Assembly (NCBI GenBank): GCA_043228905.1 | Contig: JBHGNT010000004.1 | Location: forward strand, 6,014,001-6,078,000 | DNA length: 64,000 nt | Direction of reading: 5' to 3' | Source: Azolla caroliniana | Lineage: Eukaryota; Plantae; Polypodiophyta | Shown here: one piece after another, positions 61,546-64,000 of the stretch | How the letters are laid out: every line of letters starts with the position of its first letter | How positions within the stretch are numbered: position 1 is the first letter of the stretch | Translations under genes and position numbers: made by a program | The notes under the pieces: generated by a model | Told to the model about the DNA's origin: nothing | What the model saw: only the letters and a program-made list of their open reading frames with translations | Databases searched by the model: none

Positions 61546-64000
61546 AGAGGGCTATCAAGGCGTGGGGCTGCAATAGTCCGGACACCCCGGAAAAACCCCA
61601 CAAATGTACAGTAGGGAAGAAGAACTGTACCATAGGTAGGAAATTTTGGTTCTCCGACAGCGGGGGTTGTACGATTGTCGGCGTCGTTGGCCGGGAGAAG
61701 AAAAGGGCGGAGGAGCGACTTCGGGAATGCGGAGTCCTCGGCCCTAGAGAGGAAATCACCAGAGCCGTGGAGGCGGTCTCTTTCGACGAGACCTTGGGAC
61801 CATTACAAGAAGTGGTCGGAGGAGGCCTTAAAGAGGACCGGACGATTCCGGTATGTTCGGAAGGGATGTACGTAGTCATCGCCGACTTCTGTAACGGGCT
61901 CGAGTCGGATTGGACGGCCCGTGTGGATACAAAGTACAAGACTGTGGACCGGAAGGTGAGGCCAGTCGCGGCACCCTTTCCGGAGGGCAGCGAGGAGCGG
62001 ATAAAAGGGGTCGCGTCGGACCCAAGTTTACGGAATCCGGCTAGCATAGGGCACCGGTTCACCGACATAACGCTACGGGAGCTCAAAGTAGGTGGGGGTG
62101 GCTTTCTACTGTCGGCGGAGGAGGACAGGTTTCGGAGAATGCTCGGAAGGCATGGGAAAGCCTTCGCATTCTCGCTAGAGGAGATCGGGTGCGTAGACCC
62201 AATAGTTGTGGAACCGATGGTGATCTTCACGGTACCGCATGTGCCCTGAAATCTCAAACCGATTTCAGTACCCAGAGCTCACATCCCGAAGCTGATGGAG
62301 CTGTTGAAACAGAAGGCCAAGATGGGCATCCTCGAACCGTCGAGTGCCCCATACTCGAATCGGTGGTTTACCGTGCCAAAGAAGAACGGCACGTTACGTT
62401 TTAGTCAAGACCTGCAACCGGTCAACAAGGTGACCATTCGGAACGCAGGAATCAGACCGACCATAGACGAGTTCGCGGAGGCCTTCGCTGGAAGGTCGAT
62501 TTACTCTGTCGGTGATCTATACTCGGGGTACGATCAGTTCCAACTAGCCGTGGAGAGCAGAGACATTACGACGACGCGGACTCCTCTCGGCCTAGTGCAG
62601 ATGTGTACCCTACCACAAGGAGGGACGAACTCGGTGGCTCACATGGTGAACGCGATGAACAAAGTGCTCAGGGATTGCATCCCGGACATCAACATGCCGT
62701 TCTTAGATGACATCTCGATCAAGGGATGCCCGGTGGAGGAAAAGGACGAGACAATCGGACCAGACGGATGTCGGAAGTTCGTGGCGGCTCACATCGATGA
62801 CTGCGAGAAGGTGTTGCAGAGACTAGAAGGCGCGAGGCTCACCTTCTCCAGGGAAAAATTGGCCTTCGGGAAATCAGAGATCATGGTCGTCGGGCACCTA
62901 TGCAGACCATACGGTCGAAAACCATCTCCGGCCAAGGTGGAAGCCATCTCCGCGATGAAGCATGACTGCAATTCGGTTACGGAGGTTCGGAGATTCTTGG
63001 GAGCATGCGCGTTCTACCATATTTGGATTCCACATTACGCCCACGTCGCGGAGCCGCTGTATGGGTTGTTGAAGAAAGGGCGTAAATTTGAGTGGGGAGA
63101 CGAGCATATGGAGTCAGCCCGAAAGATAAAGGAAGCACTTGCCACGACACCGGCGCTCCGAAAGGCTGTCTACGGCAAAGACACTTCGATTTACGTAACC
63201 GTAGACATGAGTCCGACCGGGATCGAATGGGTGATCAACCAAGAGGATGACACTGGCATGAGGTTCCCCATCCGGTTCGGCGCGAAGGTCCTCAGTGAAC
63301 GACAGCGAGGATACGCCCAGGTTAAACGCGAACTCTAGGGTATCATTTCGGCGGTGAAGGCCGATAAAGACTACCTGATCAGGACAGAGGTAATAATCGA
63401 GACGGACTGCCTACCAATTCTCGGCATGGTTTCCGGATGCGCGACGCCGGACCTGGCAATGCTCAGGTGGATAGCGTACATCAAGTCCCTGAATCTGGAG
63501 ATACGACACATTTCCGGAAAAGACAATGCCATGGTCGACATGCTCTCAAGGGCGAGGTTTGAAAACGAGGACGGCATGGTTTCGGAGGACGAGGAAGTCA
63601 GCGTAGATTTCTTCGAGGCGGCATACGTGACAACCAGAAAGGGGAGCACACCGGCGCTTAACGAATTTGACGAGAACAAGTATGACGGGGAGTGCCTCCA
63701 GATCGGCGGGCTCTTGAAAACAATGACACCGGACGCGGCGTGGACAAAGGAAGAGACCAACCGGATCCGGAAGAAAGCGTACCGGTTCTTCCTTCGGGAC
63801 AGGTACATATGGAAGCACCCGAAGAAGAGAAACGGCGTTCCACTTCGAGTAGTGGCAAAGAAAGAAGAACAGGAGGAACTACTGGCGGCATTTCACGAGA
63901 GTCCCTAGGCTGGGCACCGCGGAACGTGGGCCACGTTCGAGAAGGTGAAGGAGAAGTACTTGTGGTCGGGGCTGTACCAGGACGTGCATCGGTTCGTAAT
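61539..64000 (+). pseudogene. RT-RNase H-integrase start, with scattered stops
   Basis: LPQGGTNS, PFLDD, VTVDMSPTG, ETDCLP, FHES...GHRG in ORFs 61767, 62295, 63354. Confidence 0.85.

Larger units (their letters stand above)
58682..64000 (+). mobile_element. tRNA-Trp-primed Ty3/gypsy, full-type, runs off the window
   Basis: 5' LTR 58682-59375; PBS TGGTGAACCCGACGTGAA 59380-59397; gag, protease, RT, RH and integrase start. Confidence 0.93.

Overview
Eukaryotic, repeat-saturated window with no recognisable host protein-coding gene. It most resembles non-seed land-plant (bryophyte/lycophyte/fern) heterochromatin; this is inferred from the plant-type tRNA and retroelement sequences. It has two components. 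(1) Nested LTR retrotransposons: one young, intact Ty1/copia (4710-10421, 5-bp TSD AATAC); three decayed non-chromoviral Ty3/gypsy elements carrying a conserved extra 3' ORF; chromodomain-bearing Tcn1/Tf1-like gypsy elements; a tRNA-Trp-primed gypsy family with 4-bp TSDs (full-type, non-autonomous and solo-LTR forms); several solo LTRs; and a hAT-type MITE. (2) An AT-rich satellite (~20540-23591, 27384-~31235, ~43628-49637) built from about 40 (hand count) degenerate minus-strand copies of the plant intron-containing elongator tRNA-Met(CAU) gene, arranged as a ~1.3-kb higher-order repeat of four tRNA variants. The chromovirus LTRs share an unusual layout: outward-facing tRNA-like A/B-box cassette, heat-shock-element array, TATA box, and a self-priming 5' R segment. 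Two families show candidate -1 ribosomal frameshift signals. All coordinates were read by eye; degenerate boundaries are approximate.
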